Source: Lingula anatina
Lineage: Eukaryota > Animalia > Brachiopoda
Direction of reading: 5' to 3'
Assembly: GCA_051362555.1 (NCBI GenBank)
Contig: CM120644.1
Span: 19,056,534-19,120,533, forward strand
DNA: 64,000 bases
The notes beneath the pieces are model-generated. The model saw nothing but the letters and a program-made list of their open reading frames with translations. It had not been told where the DNA came from and ran no database searches. Of this stretch, positions 23,215 to 36,492 are shown one piece after another (positions within the stretch are counted from its first letter, which is position 1; each line of letters opens with the position of its first letter). Both the position numbers and the translations under genes were made by a program.

Positions 23215-25517
23215 ATGAATCCTCGTGTTTTCTGTGTTTTGATTATGGTCTACATTTTGAGCGCCGTCATTCACGGGGAGACGCACTCTTCAGAATATAT
23301 TTCGCAGATGCAACTCTTGTATCGCACCAACTTACAAATAGAATATGTAGAGAGGGGAATGAGACATCATTGCCCGGCACTGATAGTAGAGCTGGGTTCT
23401 CTGGGAGTGCCACTAAGCCTCCTCAGGAAAAGAAGAACAGCAATGGACCTGGACCAAGTCAGACTGAATGTAGAATTGGCCAAGCACGTGCTGTCCACGC
23501 TTAAACTGAAGTACCTGTCCCCGGCGTGTCAGGTAAACAAAAACATCTGGAAACTCAGCGATATATATAATATCATCAGTCTGTGTCTTTCGTTTCCAGT
23601 TTCAGAGATATTTGGCAGTCGAACTTTCCGTTTACACGTAGACATGTGTTAATATTATTTATGATCAACGCAGCTACATTGTAACATTCTTCTAAAAAAT
23701 AATTAAAATTAGAATACTGAAAGAAGAGGTTCGACTGTTGGGTCACGTTTTACGTTGATAGATCATATTGTCACAACATAATGTAGTTCGATTAAGGTTA
23801 AGTGCCCTGGTAGACAAAATCAGATTAAAAAACTTTATTCATGTATAAAACTGGCGAAATGAGCATTATTTTTTTATTAAGTTTCTTCTACCGGTACATA
23901 CATTTGGAAGAAACTGATAAGTACATTTCCCTATGTCACTTTGACATGAATGGTTTCCTCAATATCGCTCTCGTGTCATCCAAATTACTATGCATGCTTT
24001 TAATCTCTTAAAATTGAACAAAACTTTAAAATGTTTGCATGTTGCTGATTTTTCAGAATTCAAGTTGTTCGAATTCAATTTGTCAAAACGGGGGTTCATG
24101 CATAAGAGGTCCAGGATACAACGTTTCATGCGCATGCCCGACAGGATATACTGGCAAGAAGTGTGAGATTAGGGCAGCCTCCGTGACGTGTACAGCAACC
24201 TGGTTATCAGCTTGTAAAGGGACGTACGGAACTGGACGCTGTTCGTGAGTTCAAGATCTCTCTCTCTCATTCTCTCTCTCTCTCGTGCACACGCACTCAT
24301 ACAAACACAAATTCACATTCGCACACCACTAATTTTTATATCAAAATTCTTGCTTCTTTCCAGATTGGAAACCCCTATGTATGCACTGTTTATGTTGAAA
24401 ATCTCCCACAAAAGTGTTTGCTTGGCAAACAATTGAATGTTTGTTTTTTAACTGATTCTGTGATAAGGCGCAACCCAATTACTTGTTGATAAACATACCC
24501 ATGTGTTAGGAGTCACCACTAACTGATATATGTGTGTCACCGCCAGCAACTTCTCCCAGATAACTGGATGACTTGAATGTTAAGGTTGATCAATCCTGGG
24601 AAAGGGGGGGTATGTTGACACAAATGAACCGTCTTTTTTTCTTTTCTTTTCTTTTTTTTCCACTGAAACTGATATTTTTGCAGATTGAAGAACAAGGCAG
24701 CAAAGTCTCCATACAATGCCTTTTCACCCCTAAAATTTCGATATTTTTTATTATTGATTGATTTTTGATCCGGATCACCACCAAAAACTAATCATCTGTT
24801 CCTTGGCCCACTTCAGCCAGTTCCTGAAAATTTCATCAAAAACGGTCCATAACTTTTGAGTTATGTTGATGACAGACAGACAAACAGGGGTGAAAACATA
24901 ACCTCCTTGGTGGAGGTAATAAAACGGTCAGTATAACATTTTGGGGTAACAAATAAATCTCCACTTATTTATTTATTTATTTATATTGTCCTTTGTTGGC
25001 AGGACTCCAGATTGTGCCGAGCTGCCATTCACGATGGCCGCATACCAGCAGTGGGTGGAGTGGCCACAGTGATAGGTCTAGGACCGTTACAGTCCTTCAG
25101 AGGAACAACACAGAACGGGGTGACGACATCCAGGTAGGAACCTATCATCAGTACAATTATGCTAGTGCTGCTTGTTTATACTGTACGTGCATTTTTTACT
25201 TTACGTGGGGGTGCATGTTTTGAGTTTTTGATCAATTAGAAGCGTTTATGTATGGGAGTTTTTGGAAGAGGTTCGTTAGTGTTGCGATGTGGTGTGATTA
25301 AGGTACAATTAGAATATATTTTCAGTATTATTTAATCCAGTATTTGTATGACGCATTTTATGAAATGTGGTAGACAAAATAAAGAGTTAGTCATTGCGTT
25401 GTTAATAAATAGGAATCAAAAAAGATATATTTGTCTGTTTTTTAATGTTTTAATTTTAAATGGATTGCTTTCTTTTTCAGCTACGGTAGCTATGGAACTT
25501 CCTTCCGTTTCGTCTAA
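23215..25517 (+). CDS. Secreted protein: signal peptide, propeptide with RKRR furin-type site, EGF domain, LCCL domain; exons 23215-23532, 24057-24244, 25003(or 25011)-25133, 25481-25517
   Basis: Hydrophobic N-terminus. Exon 2 reads CSNSICQNGGSCIRGPGYNVSCACPTGYTGKKCE (EGF) then TYGTG. Exon 3 reads DSRLCRAAIHDGRIPAVGGVATV...FRGTTQNGVTTS and exon 4 YGSYGTSFRFV* (LCCL). GT-AG sites are canonical. The exon 2/3 phase problem is described in findings. Confidence 0.85.
24520..24920 (-). mobile_element. Short Helentron-associated (HINE) element in intron 2 of the EGF-LCCL gene
   Basis: Ends in (gaca)n then aaaacataacctccttggtggaggtaat hairpin. Internal gatccggatcacc and aaatttcatcaaaa motifs are typical of this element class. 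Confidence 0.65.
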
Positions 25518-25752
25518 ATAACAAGAAAGCATCAGACAATGAGACTTGTAATACCCAAGAATCTCCTTTAATAGTCTGCATTATTCCATGTTTGATGACG
25601 TGACGTCAGTTCTAGGCGATCGATTATGACGTCACAATGAATTATCCCTGCATTACTACCGCCATTAGCACTAACGGACTGCACATGCCACGCTTGTCTC
25701 AGCTTTGATTCTCTCTCAGTTTTCAATTCTCATGTTTTGTTATCATATTCAG

Positions 25753-25758
25753 AATAAA
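25753..25758 (+). terminator. Candidate polyadenylation signal of the EGF-LCCL gene
   Basis: AATAAA ~235 nt after the stop codon, followed by a T/GT-rich tract. Confidence 0.55.
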
Positions 25759-25816
25759 TGCATGCAGCTTGTAAAAAGGAGTATGTTTTTTATGGCTTTG
25801 GCAAAGTCAGATATGA

Positions 25817-26430
25817 TGTTTTATTCAACACTTTTTATTTCAACTTCTTATTATTATCAAATTTGCAAGCCGAAGGTTCGATAAATACATTCTTTGCATC
25901 ATACATGTAGTTGAATAAAATCACTAGTGAATAAGAACAGAGGAATATTAAAAGACATGTTGACAAGTTTAAAATAAAATAACTAAAATGCAAGGTTAAA
26001 AATGAGATAAAAGTCTATCAGTCAATTTTGGAACTTGTATATCGCACTGGTTAAAAAGTCACTTATTGATCGTTTTGTTTTAATTTTAGATCTTTTGAAT
26101 GTCTCCGGTTCCCTTAATGAATATTTGACATTTTGTTTTGGTTGTAAAAGATAATGCAGTCTTTGATTCGATTCACTTGATATCCTAATAAACAATTTTT
26201 TGCATTCATTAACTACACGTATGTTCACAAGCAGCGTCATATTCAAGATGAGGATAATTTTAAGAGCTCTTTCTTCAGATTTTTCTACTAGGGCAGTCAA
26301 TTCATTTGTTAACCCAAAGTGCCAGACAGGAGAAGCATATTCTAAAACTGGTCTTATGACCGAATGTAATAAATCATCAGTTTTGAGGCCTGCACGCTTC
26401 AGGTGTTGTAGAAAATAAATCAAGATGGTT
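25817..26430 (-). mobile_element. 5'-truncated LINE (CR1/L2/Crack group) RT C-terminus plus 3' UTR
   Basis: ORF 26022-26423 reads YFLQHLKRAGL...VIRPVLEYASPVWH...ERALKII. A-rich tail near 25820-25860. Confidence 0.85.
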
Positions 26431-26836
26431 ATTATTTATTACAAAACATTTTACATGAGATGTACAGCAGACTTTCATGCAGGTATTTTACTATTTATTC
26501 ATAAAAGAAAATGACCTCAGTTATAGATTAGCTAAGTGATCATCATCGCGAATAATACAATGTAGCATTAACATTGTATCAAACGACTCCCTTCCCACCA
26601 CGAACATTGTACCTGTAATTTTATCCCTGCGTTAGCTTATGCACCAATCTTTTTTTTTTCTTTTCTTTTTACTTCAGTACCAAATTCATATTAAAACGAT
26701 GATGCTAACCATCTTGTAAAATATTAATTATCTCCAGTACTTATCTAAGTTGTGTAAAAGAGAAACCATGTTGGACGTATTCATACATTGCATAGTTTCC
26801 TGGTCAATTGCCCCTGGCCAAATGTAAGAACTGTAA

Positions 26837-27134
26837 GTGACGGATTTAGAGGGGGTCAGGGGAGTCATGACCCCCACCCCTCTTCGGTTTCTGAAAATTT
26901 TATCGCCAATATTCCCCTCTTGAAATTAGAATTTTGACCAGCTAAATCATAATTTTAAATCGTAGGCCTACTAAAGGTCACTGTTTGCTCTCCAAAACAC
27001 CATTTTTAGTCGAGTCCGTTGAGCAGACCCCAAACCCCACACCAAGAGGGCGATGGTCTGCTTCGCGTCCGAGTCCTGTCGTTCCGGACCCCCCCCCCCC
27101 CCCCGCCCCTTCTAATAATCCTGGATCTGCCCCT
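26837..27134. mobile_element. MITE with gcggat-type inverted ends; related short element at 54693-54860
   Basis: agtgacggatttag ... ctggatctgcccct. The second element reads caggagcggattcag ... ctgaatccgcccctg. Confidence 0.6.
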
Positions 27135-27200
27135 TCATCTCACCCCAGCAGCTGAAGTCTTGTACATGTACAGCAAATGTTATTCCTGTCTTCCTCCAAT

Positions 27201-28404
27201 ATGGCAAGATACAGGCAATTATCTAACGGTTATAGGTGGAAGTTATTAACCTGAAGAGGCGGAATATAAGCAATGTCAGAATATCGATACAATTGAATTG
27301 TTCAGTCAGAACCGTGCAGAGGGTCTGGTCTCGGTATAGAAACACTGGATCAAGAGACAAATTGCCTCTGATGGGTCGTCCAAGAAAAAATACTGGCCGT
27401 GAAGACCGACGATTGATTTTGATGTCCAGGTTGTCAAAGTTCGACACTGCTTGTCAGTTGACAACACAGTGGAACAATTTCACACATAAGAATGTGTCTG
27501 TGAAAATTGCTAGGCGTCGGTTACATGCTCAGAGAGTGTACAGCAGGGTAGCAAGACTGAAACCTCTTATATCGTTACAAAACAGGCAACGTAGAGCAAA
27601 CTGGGGTCAACAGGATCTGGAACTGGACAGTTCATGACAATTGGTCCTATATATTTTTCTGATGAGTGTCGCTTTGGTCTGACCTCTGATGACAGGCGGG
27701 TACTATGCTGGCAAACTGCTGGTAAAGCATTTGAACCACATGCACTGAATTTTCGAACCCGGAGCAGCATATTCATCATGGTGTGGGACTGCATCAGCAT
27801 CCATGGCTTGGGCGAATTGATAGTGGTTAATGGAAACATGAATCACTAGAAATATATCGATGTTTTGGAGTCAGGCTTGCTACCATCTATTACTAACATG
27901 TTTGGTGACAGGAATTATCCATTTGTTCACCAGGATGACAATGCTCCTTGTCACAGGCCCAGAGCAGTTGATGATTGGTTTGACCAACAGGACATTCGCA
28001 GGGTGATGTGGCCTGCCCAGAGTCCGGATGCAAACATAATAGAAAATGTGTGGAATGATATGTCAAAACTTTTGACAAATGCCCGTCTAACCAGCAGAGA
28101 AACTCTGTTATATTCAGTGTTTCATGCTTGGGCCAGCATAAGCCCTGAACGCATCAGACAATTATATGAAACCTTGCTTCGTAGACTGGCACCTATTATT
28201 AGGTCACGTGGCTATGTCACTAAGTACTAATTTTGGACTTGAAACTGCATATTTTGGTAGAATGTATATTTTGTTCTCATTTTGTGATTTTTTATGAAAT
28301 TTGATGTTAATAAAATGATACCAGGAGCATATCATTCCACAGTCATTTATCTCCCCCATAGTATTGGCTCAGTAGGGGTGACACTTCTTTTGTCCAGTGT
28401 GTGT
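27201..28404 (+). mobile_element. Tc1-like DD34E transposon, intronless, decayed (CDS 27201-28230 with frameshifts and a stop)
   Basis: HTH region with GRPRK, then FSDECRF, MVWDCIS, QDDNAPCH...WPAQSPDANIIENVW and RGYVTKY*. 3' terminal repeat-like gtgacacttcttttgtccagtg followed by TA. The 5' terminal repeat was not found. Confidence 0.92.
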
Positions 28405-31400
28405 AGTTGTACTAATTATTTTGAAATGACCCATGCGCTACCTCCAGAAATGCCATATTTCTTTACTTGAATCTGTTTTTAAATTGGTTTCTTTTGCTAA
28501 ATTCTTCTTTTCACAAAATAGTTTGTAATCTAGAGTGTTGTATTAGACACGCTAAAGGGGCCAGAAAGAGAACTAGTTTTGGAAACATGTTGTATATTTT
28601 CTCTTGAACTATTTTGCAAGTTAATTGCCATTCTTACTTCAGATTTTAGCGCTCTCTTTCGGCGTACGCACTGTTTCACAGCGAGAGAAATCATAGTGCG
28701 CGATGATTGACGTTTGTTTATATAACCTGTCAATCAAGCTGTTATTACTTGACAGCAACTATCAAAACTAACTGAATTTGATTGGCACCTTGTCAATCAA
28801 AGGATATTGAATTTTTACATGTTCGGAGAGAAGAGTGTAGTAATTGTGTTAAACGTTTGTTTAAAAAAACTTTCATTCATAGTCGTGTGCGCTTGACCGC
28901 TTCCATCAAAGTTGAATTAGCCTGTTCGAATTTGATCGATATAATACCTGTCTATAACAATACATGTCGTAACATTCTGGAGGTAGGGGGCATTTTATTT
29001 TCTGTTTTTGCAGCGCGTTAAAAAACGTCGAGTTCTTTTATTTCAACCAAGAGACAACATGAAATTTAACAACGTGAAAGAGTTCCGGGTTCTTTCACAG
29101 GCGTTTTTAATTGTACTAAAAGTCAGTTGTCATTCTCTTTCTGGATATGATGTAACATGAATAACGTTGATGTCGATGTTTGTTGCTCCATAATCCCTTC
29201 TTTGGTGCTCGTTCGAAATCGGAACTTCGTATACGAACTGAACATATTACTTTAATCATACTCATATTCTTTTACACCCAATGAATATTTTTAGATCATT
29301 TTTTAAAAACGAATGGTAGTAAAAGTAAAACCTTGTCATTTTTTATGAGCTACGGAGAGAAAAAATGCCGAGATAATGATGTTAGTGGCCAGGTAAAATT
29401 AAGAACTACCGGTTTTGTTCGTTCCTTATAAAGGGCCGGGGCAATAAGTAGCCCGTCGCTGTATATATTGAAAGGAGCGTGCGTGAAAACTGTTGTTTTA
29501 AAATAAACTTCACAATTAAAACTGCCAAATTAAAATTGAAAACAAGTTTATGCATAGCGTTAACAATCTTTCGAGCTTTAATCTGCGATATATTGTTAGT
29601 ACTTCATAAGTATAAAAACTCCGGATTTCTATAACGTGTGAAAATTAATAAACTAATAGTGGAATAAGTCGGGCTGGTTTGATCAAAGAATTGAAATTTT
29701 TGGTTGAATTTATTGAAGTTGTTCGTTCAATATTTTATACTGTACGCTATTTCATCAGATTGGTAAAAACTTATCTTTTCTTTATACATAAAATGGTTGC
29801 TACGCCCTAAAAGATTTAATATTTCATCGAATATTTACTTGAAACATACTTTTTTATCTAATTAATTTTGTTCTATTTTTAAGTAAAAACAAAATTAATT
29901 CAGCATCAACAACAGCGTCTTTGTTTTGCCTCATCTAGCACATTCTATGATTTTTTTTTTGTCCGAAGACGCATATTATAATGTAATAGTGACATTCCTC
30001 TCTTTTAGTACGTAAACAAAAAAAAACTGCACTCAAAAAATTGTCTGCGAGGCAACTTCATATCTTGGTTTTCTTTGTCCCAAATTTGCCCTTAGAAATA
30101 CCCACAGATACTGAGCTTACTAAAGTTCCGATTTAAGGGCCATTCACAAGTAAACTCAGTACCGAAATAACGTTATTTTTCTCTTTAAATTGAACACCAT
30201 TTCAACGGGCACCCGTCTCCATGGTGTACATTACCAATGTAATCTATATACGGAAATGGTCACGGGACAACTAAAATGGAAACTGCGCTGCTGCTCGTTT
30301 TAAATAAAATGTTTGTCAAATTAACATGATATTTTAAGCTTTTATTTTCTAAAAAATTCAGTTTCAATGGGATATAATTCCAACACGGCACAGTTATGTA
30401 TATTTAACATTTCATATCACAGCTGTTGTGGAAAAAATTCAGAAAATTTTTCATGTTTTTGCCACTATGATTTCAGCACCTCCCTAGGATGGGGGGCATG
30501 ATTGCTCGGTATTATACGACAAATTCTAAAGTTGAAATCGAGGCTTCTGTACGGAAGGTGGTCAAGCATATATTATTATTATGTAATCTAGGTGAGTATT
30601 TTGGTGAGATGTGTTCAGAAAGGACCGAGGTCAGTAAAAGATGGAGAAGAAAGCCTTGTGTCTCATGCCACAATTTTCACGAAATGGTCGGAAATCTGGG
30701 ACTGAAATTGCCATCGATCTGTTGTAAGTACTGTATAGATGGTGGAAGATAACATTGGTTATTTGGCGTTGATGATATTAACCAAAAATTGGTGTAATTT
30801 GCAAATAAGGCATCATGTCGACATTTTGTCTTGACGCCAACAATATTTTTCATGAAAAGTCCAAATTCAACTTGACGTTTAAATAGCTAATTATCGGTTC
30901 TTATTTTCAGATGGAATGCATTTGCCAGAAAACGGGTGGTGAGAGATTTGCTCCAGCAGTGAACGCATCTTACGTCTTAAACAAAGTAAGGACATCTTGG
31001 CAGGTAACTTCATTCTCAGGTCCTACCCCGGTAATTTGTTTTTTAAAAATTTCAAAACCCACCTCAGCAAATTCCTACCCGCCAATGTGCACATGTCGTG
31101 ACTATGTTGTTCTACTTTCTAAGATCTCATAAATGTTGTTTTTACTACCCTCCTGTCATATGTTTATTTCTAAAATTTCACTTTATACGTAATCCGAGGG
31201 CCACTATCTTTTTAGTAGCACCACTGACGTGTGATTCTAAAGACACAGAATGTTGTCACGTTACAGTGTGTACACGGTGTAAAAGAATAGAAATTATATT
31301 GTTTGAAAGTGCATGATTACATAGAACGTGTCAGCTCAGTATATGTATACAGTGTATTCGTCCAATTTTAAAGTTGAAAAGTGGTTTGTTGAATATTACT

Positions 31401-33895
31401 ATAAGAATCGAAATCGGTTGCCGTAAAATTAAAACTTGCTTTATTTAATCAACCCTTAGACATTGATTTGTAAAGGTGGTTTTTGTTTAATTTCAGTGAC
31501 TCAACCGTGCACGAGAAGATTGAATACGCCATCAATGACGTCAGACTCGTGTTCCACAGCGGCTGCATCCATGTCAAGATTACATGTCGCATGTCAGAGT
31601 TTGTCCGCTTGTAAATTTGCAGGGTTGAAACTTAATATAAAGTGTAATGTTTACTTTGGGTTGTGAATCGACTGTAGTTATTTTAAAACTGTTACAAAGT
31701 AGTGTTCAGGAAGAGTACTTTGCTACACGTACATGTAGTAGTGGTTTATTTCCATGTAGGTGTGGCAAAATAAACAACAATGCACATGTAGGACGACGGG
31801 TTTTCTTTTTGATGGTAACATATTTGTGAGGACAAATCTGCAATTCTGCAATTTGGCACTTCTCCGTGAACAATTATTTATTTAAAATTGAATTCTAGTA
31901 TTTATTTTGGTGATGTTTAGTTTTGGAAAGAAAGAAAACATTCCAACCGTGTAAAATGCATTTATGGAAGTCTGTGGAAGTTATTGTTATATTGTCAAGT
32001 CGTCAAGTTATATTGTCAAGTACGCGCCATATTTGATCCACGGACTGAATAGACGGTGGTTCAACTGGTTGTGAACTAGGTCTAATGCTTTAGAAAGCGT
32101 CTGGAAGTTGCAGTGTGTGTTCAGTTGTTCTTCGGAAGAAAAAAAGAGCGAGATGTACATCCACCAAAAATCAATAAATCGCTGTAATTTAAATAATTAT
32201 GCTTCAGAAATTGCAGCATAATCAAATTGGCAGAATGTGTCATTAGTATTGCAGAACTGTCCACATGTATTGAAACGAACTTTCTTAAGTTTGAATATGC
32301 GATTGTGACGCATATAATATAAACTTCGTGTTTCAATGAGGGGAGGGGTCAAAAGTCACCCTGGTTTTAGAAACGAAACCAAGGAGTTGAAAATTTCCCG
32401 AAATTAATGTGCATTTGTTATTGCACGAGTGGTAGGTTACAAAGGAAAATCGTTGTGTTGCAGAAAATATTTTATTTCGGAATATTTTCTACATTAAGGG
32501 GTCTATATAGGACTGACATTCATCAGAAACTTTCACATTCTGAATTTTCGACAAATTCTTGACAAAGTCAAATCAACCAATTTAGCTGTCACAAAGCCGA
32601 TTTTTTAGAATAATGAGTACTTGATGAGTTTTTAAGACTGTCAATTTCTGCCAATACTCCCAAAATAGAATGTGATGCAATTTAAAGCGAAATTTATAGC
32701 AAGGGATGAAAAACTAAAGAAACATTTTTCGTAAATTTATTTAGATTTTGGCTAGCAGTTATTTAGCCAAATGTTTGAAAATTCTTTTTAAAATATCCAA
32801 AAGTGTTTTTAGACCAGCGCTCTTTTAAAGGTTGGCATTGTACTTAGTATTTTTGTAGTTTATTCTTTGGTAGAGATCAAAGGGTGATTAAAGAATAACT
32901 TCTTATGTGTTAGTCCTGCATGTCCTGTTGAATTATAATGCCGCTAGATCACATAGTACCGGAGACCAGTCTTAAGTTTATTAGCATTGTCTTAGTAAGT
33001 GTGGATTTCAAGTAAACTGATATTTACGTATTCTTTTCCGTTTTCTTTGAAATGGCTATGGTTGAAATAAGCTTTTTAGATGGTCATGTCATGTGACGTT
33101 TCTGATTCGCATGCTGTATAAATTTCAGTTTTCGCTCAAAGTTGTGCCATGTAGTACATATTTTTGGAATTAAGAAAATACGTTGATATTGGACATTACA
33201 ATATTTATCGATGAACTAAACAACCAGGAATCTTACATAATTTGATTATATTTGAACACCAATTTTTGTTTTATGTGCGAGTATCAGCAAGACGACATAG
33301 TGCTGCATGTGGGTACATGTGTCGTGACAGGATGAGGTTATATGCATATTGAATTTTCTATATCGATCACACCAGTGAATTTAGACAGACGTTATTATTA
33401 TTTTTTTTGTAATCTTTTGGTTAATTTTCCAGTTTGCCTGTAAATTTTGACAAAAACCTATAAATTCTACCTTCTTGTTGGTATTATTGTCTATCATAGT
33501 ATTCCTGAACTCCTTTATAAATAAAGGCTACGTCGGTCAAGTAAAAATTTTCCAATATGCATAGAATCTCGCCGTGTTGTACACTAGTTAGCTACAGAAC
33601 CATTTTTGTATGTAAAAGCTTAATTTACATGCCATGTAGTACGTTTTATGAAATTGCCATTAATGTAGAAGCAAAAGATATTCCAAGTTTTGTAATATTT
33701 TTGAAAACAATGCTGTTACTTTTTGTATTAATTTATGCAATAATAAATGTGCTATATTGTTTTAAGAACAAAACAGAAGTTATTTTTCTTAACTACAGAA
33801 CTATCGACTCCTTGCTATTCTGTGTTCGTAGCACTGTTTTGTAGTAGTTGAAATTGTTTATTTTGGTTTATTTTTGCAAAAGGTAATTTGCTGGG

Positions 33896-33976
33896 ACCCA
33901 GCACCGCCAGGAATCGAACCTGTAACCTTCTGTCTGAGAGGCAAGCGCGTTACCTACTCCTCTAACTGTTCCCACC
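33896..33976 (-). mobile_element. tRNA-derived SINE head / tRNA pseudogene
   Basis: Minus strand carries an A-box-like TAGAGGAGTAGGTAA and B-box GGTTCGATTCC at tRNA spacing. Acceptor and anticodon stems pair poorly. Confidence 0.7.
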
Positions 33977-35003
33977 CACCCTCCCCAGGTAGACTTTCTT
34001 CTTATAGTAACCAAAGGAATTTTTTTTTAAAGTCCTTTGGAAAATACTCAGTGGTATCCAAGTACGCGAGCAGGAAAGTGAACCCAACCCGTGGGTACCA
34101 ATGAACATGAAAATACTACAACGCACTGAATTATTTTGGTATTTCTTTATTAAGACCAACACAAAATTCCATTTCATATATGCATGCATATTGAACCATC
34201 TTAAAACAATGATTTGTGAGACTACATTTCTGAAAAATCTTAAGTTTTGAAGTTGGAATATAAAGATATACACAAAGTTATTGATATCTGCATTAGAACT
34301 CACACAAAAATGTAACAAATTCAATCTATTTGATTTGACAAAATAAAATTATCAACTAAACTACCCGTGTTTGACCTCATTAATATTAAAGAGAATATTT
34401 CAGAATAAAACTTTTTCCTTTAAAAAACAACGCCGGATCTGGCATCCATCCCACCTTTAACATCAGAAAAATCGAGAAGGAAACCCACACTGGACTAACA
34501 TTATCAAGTACACATAATGCTACAAATTACCTAGAATTTCACAATTTAACCACATTTAAATGTTCCGGATCCGACGTTGCTTTTTCTGTTTCTAAACATA
34601 CGGTATTATAAGAATCATTTCAATAACTAAATACGTACAATTATGAGCAATTCTACAACTCTCGTGCTGTGTTGTGCTATAAACCGAACATGAATGAACC
34701 TCACATAACACATGTAGAGAGTAAACATTTTTGCACCTGCTGATCCATCTTATAAAAGTTATTATTATTTTTTTTTTCAAAATTGAGCAGATTTTAAAAA
34801 ATAGTATCAATAATTCTTTAAACTTTACACGAAATCTAGATTTGTTTAAAAAAACATCACCGTCCCAGTTGCATTTTTACAAAGATCATAGTGAACAAAC
34901 TACGAGTCTGGACAGCAGACAATTAGAACATTATCAAGCACAAATTTATGAAATCAAGTATTCTAATCTCTTATCTGAGCATTTAAAGTAAAGCCAACGT
35001 TAA

Positions 35004-35393
35004 AGGCACATAGTGAGCGCTGGTCCCGTAAAAAGCAAACATTTTATTTTCCTAGAAATTTCAACAATAAATCACTAAGATATACGGTATCCAAAAACAG
35101 TTCACAGTAATTCGATTCATAAACTCATTTTATGCTCCAAGAAAGTCTCTTTCATAATGAAAATAGAGAATGGTCAATTTCGCTCACGACGGGAAAAGTT
35201 GAAATTGACAACTCGAAAGCATGTTTAAATCGTAATGGAGTGTAGCATATAACAAGCAGACTTTAAAAAACTTTTATACATCATACTTTTGTCAACGGCG
35301 TTAGATAAGAGTGTGCTTTGGTGATAAAGGGAAATTGCTCAATTTTTCAGGATTTTACTCTCTAAGTCAAGGTCTAATGCGCACTATATGCCT
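35004..35393. mobile_element. Kolobok-type MITE
   Basis: TTAA|AGGCACATAGTGAGC ... GCGCACTATATGCCT; right TTAA is degenerate. Confidence 0.65.
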
Positions 35394-36449
35394 TTGGATT
35401 AAAATAAAATCACGTGAATGTCAAGAGTGAAATTATTTTTATATGCCGAGTTCAAAATACTGATAAATAGAAATTAAAAATTGAGAATTTATTATTTAAT
35501 GTTATATTCCCAATTAATTTTTACTGGAAAAAAGAACATATTTTTCATTATAGCTCTCAAGACATGAGCAAAAATATATCATTCAATGTAATATTGTCAA
35601 CTTGTTATAGATTTTATTGGATAAAGGAATATATTTTTTGAAAGGTACTTGCTAACAACTTCAATAACTACATATTGTCCTACATATACCATCTTTAGTG
35701 TAGGAAAAAGAATCAGAAAGACACCACACGTAGAACATTTAGTGCTAGGACTACAGTATAGTTCAGAATAGTTTACATGAAGTGTAACTGCATTCTTCAT
35801 TTACATGGGATATGAAGAGCTGGCGAAAATGAATAGGGAAAATATTGGGCTATTTGCAATACCAATTTTAAACGCCCAAGCATCAAAATTGAATCATCAA
35901 TAAATTATCATCAAATACCTAACATTAATATCTTAAAACGTTGTACTAAATCGGTTGAAACTGATATATTCGTATACTTAGTATCTGGACCGCCTCGCAT
36001 CCTCTCCCTGGTCACTCAGAACTGATGAAGACGTGACATCTCTTTCTGGAGTGTTGGTTACATATGATTCATGGGGGAGGAGGCAGGATATTTTGGTCGC
36101 ATTGTTTACTCAATTATCATCATTATCTGATAGGTGAACCTTCATTGACAATTTACTGCAATAAAAACGCAAAGGATGTATTTGTGTTAGATATATTTCA
36201 AAACACGCCATTGATAAAATTAATCCAATACCCTTACACCCCCACAATGAAACATTACGTCACTGGTTATGATCAAATGCACTTTTTATCTGAACAAAGT
36301 TTAGTATATGTGACCGACCTGAGCGAACTATGACGCCATCTGCTGGAATCAGCAGACTAAAACTTTATAAACTTTAAATCATGTGATCATATCTGGATGT
36401 ACGATGTTGTAGTTTTCATTTACCTTCACAATGACAAATAAACTTTCGA

Positions 36450-36450
<1 letters not shown>

Positions 36451-36486
<36 letters not shown>

Positions 36487-36492
36487 TGCGTG
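36451..36492. repeat. (GT)n microsatellite
   Basis: Direct reading. Similar tracts at ~17500, 47622, 50982 and 53507. Confidence 0.9.

Noticed and set aside
30489-31620. Possible three-exon plus-strand gene (30489-30591, 30911-31003, from 31497)
   Set aside because: Splice sites are plausible but the joined frames are short or stop-containing and resemble nothing I recognise.
33896-33976. Functional tRNA gene
   Set aside because: The B-box is good but the acceptor and anticodon stems do not pair; treated as a SINE head or pseudogene.
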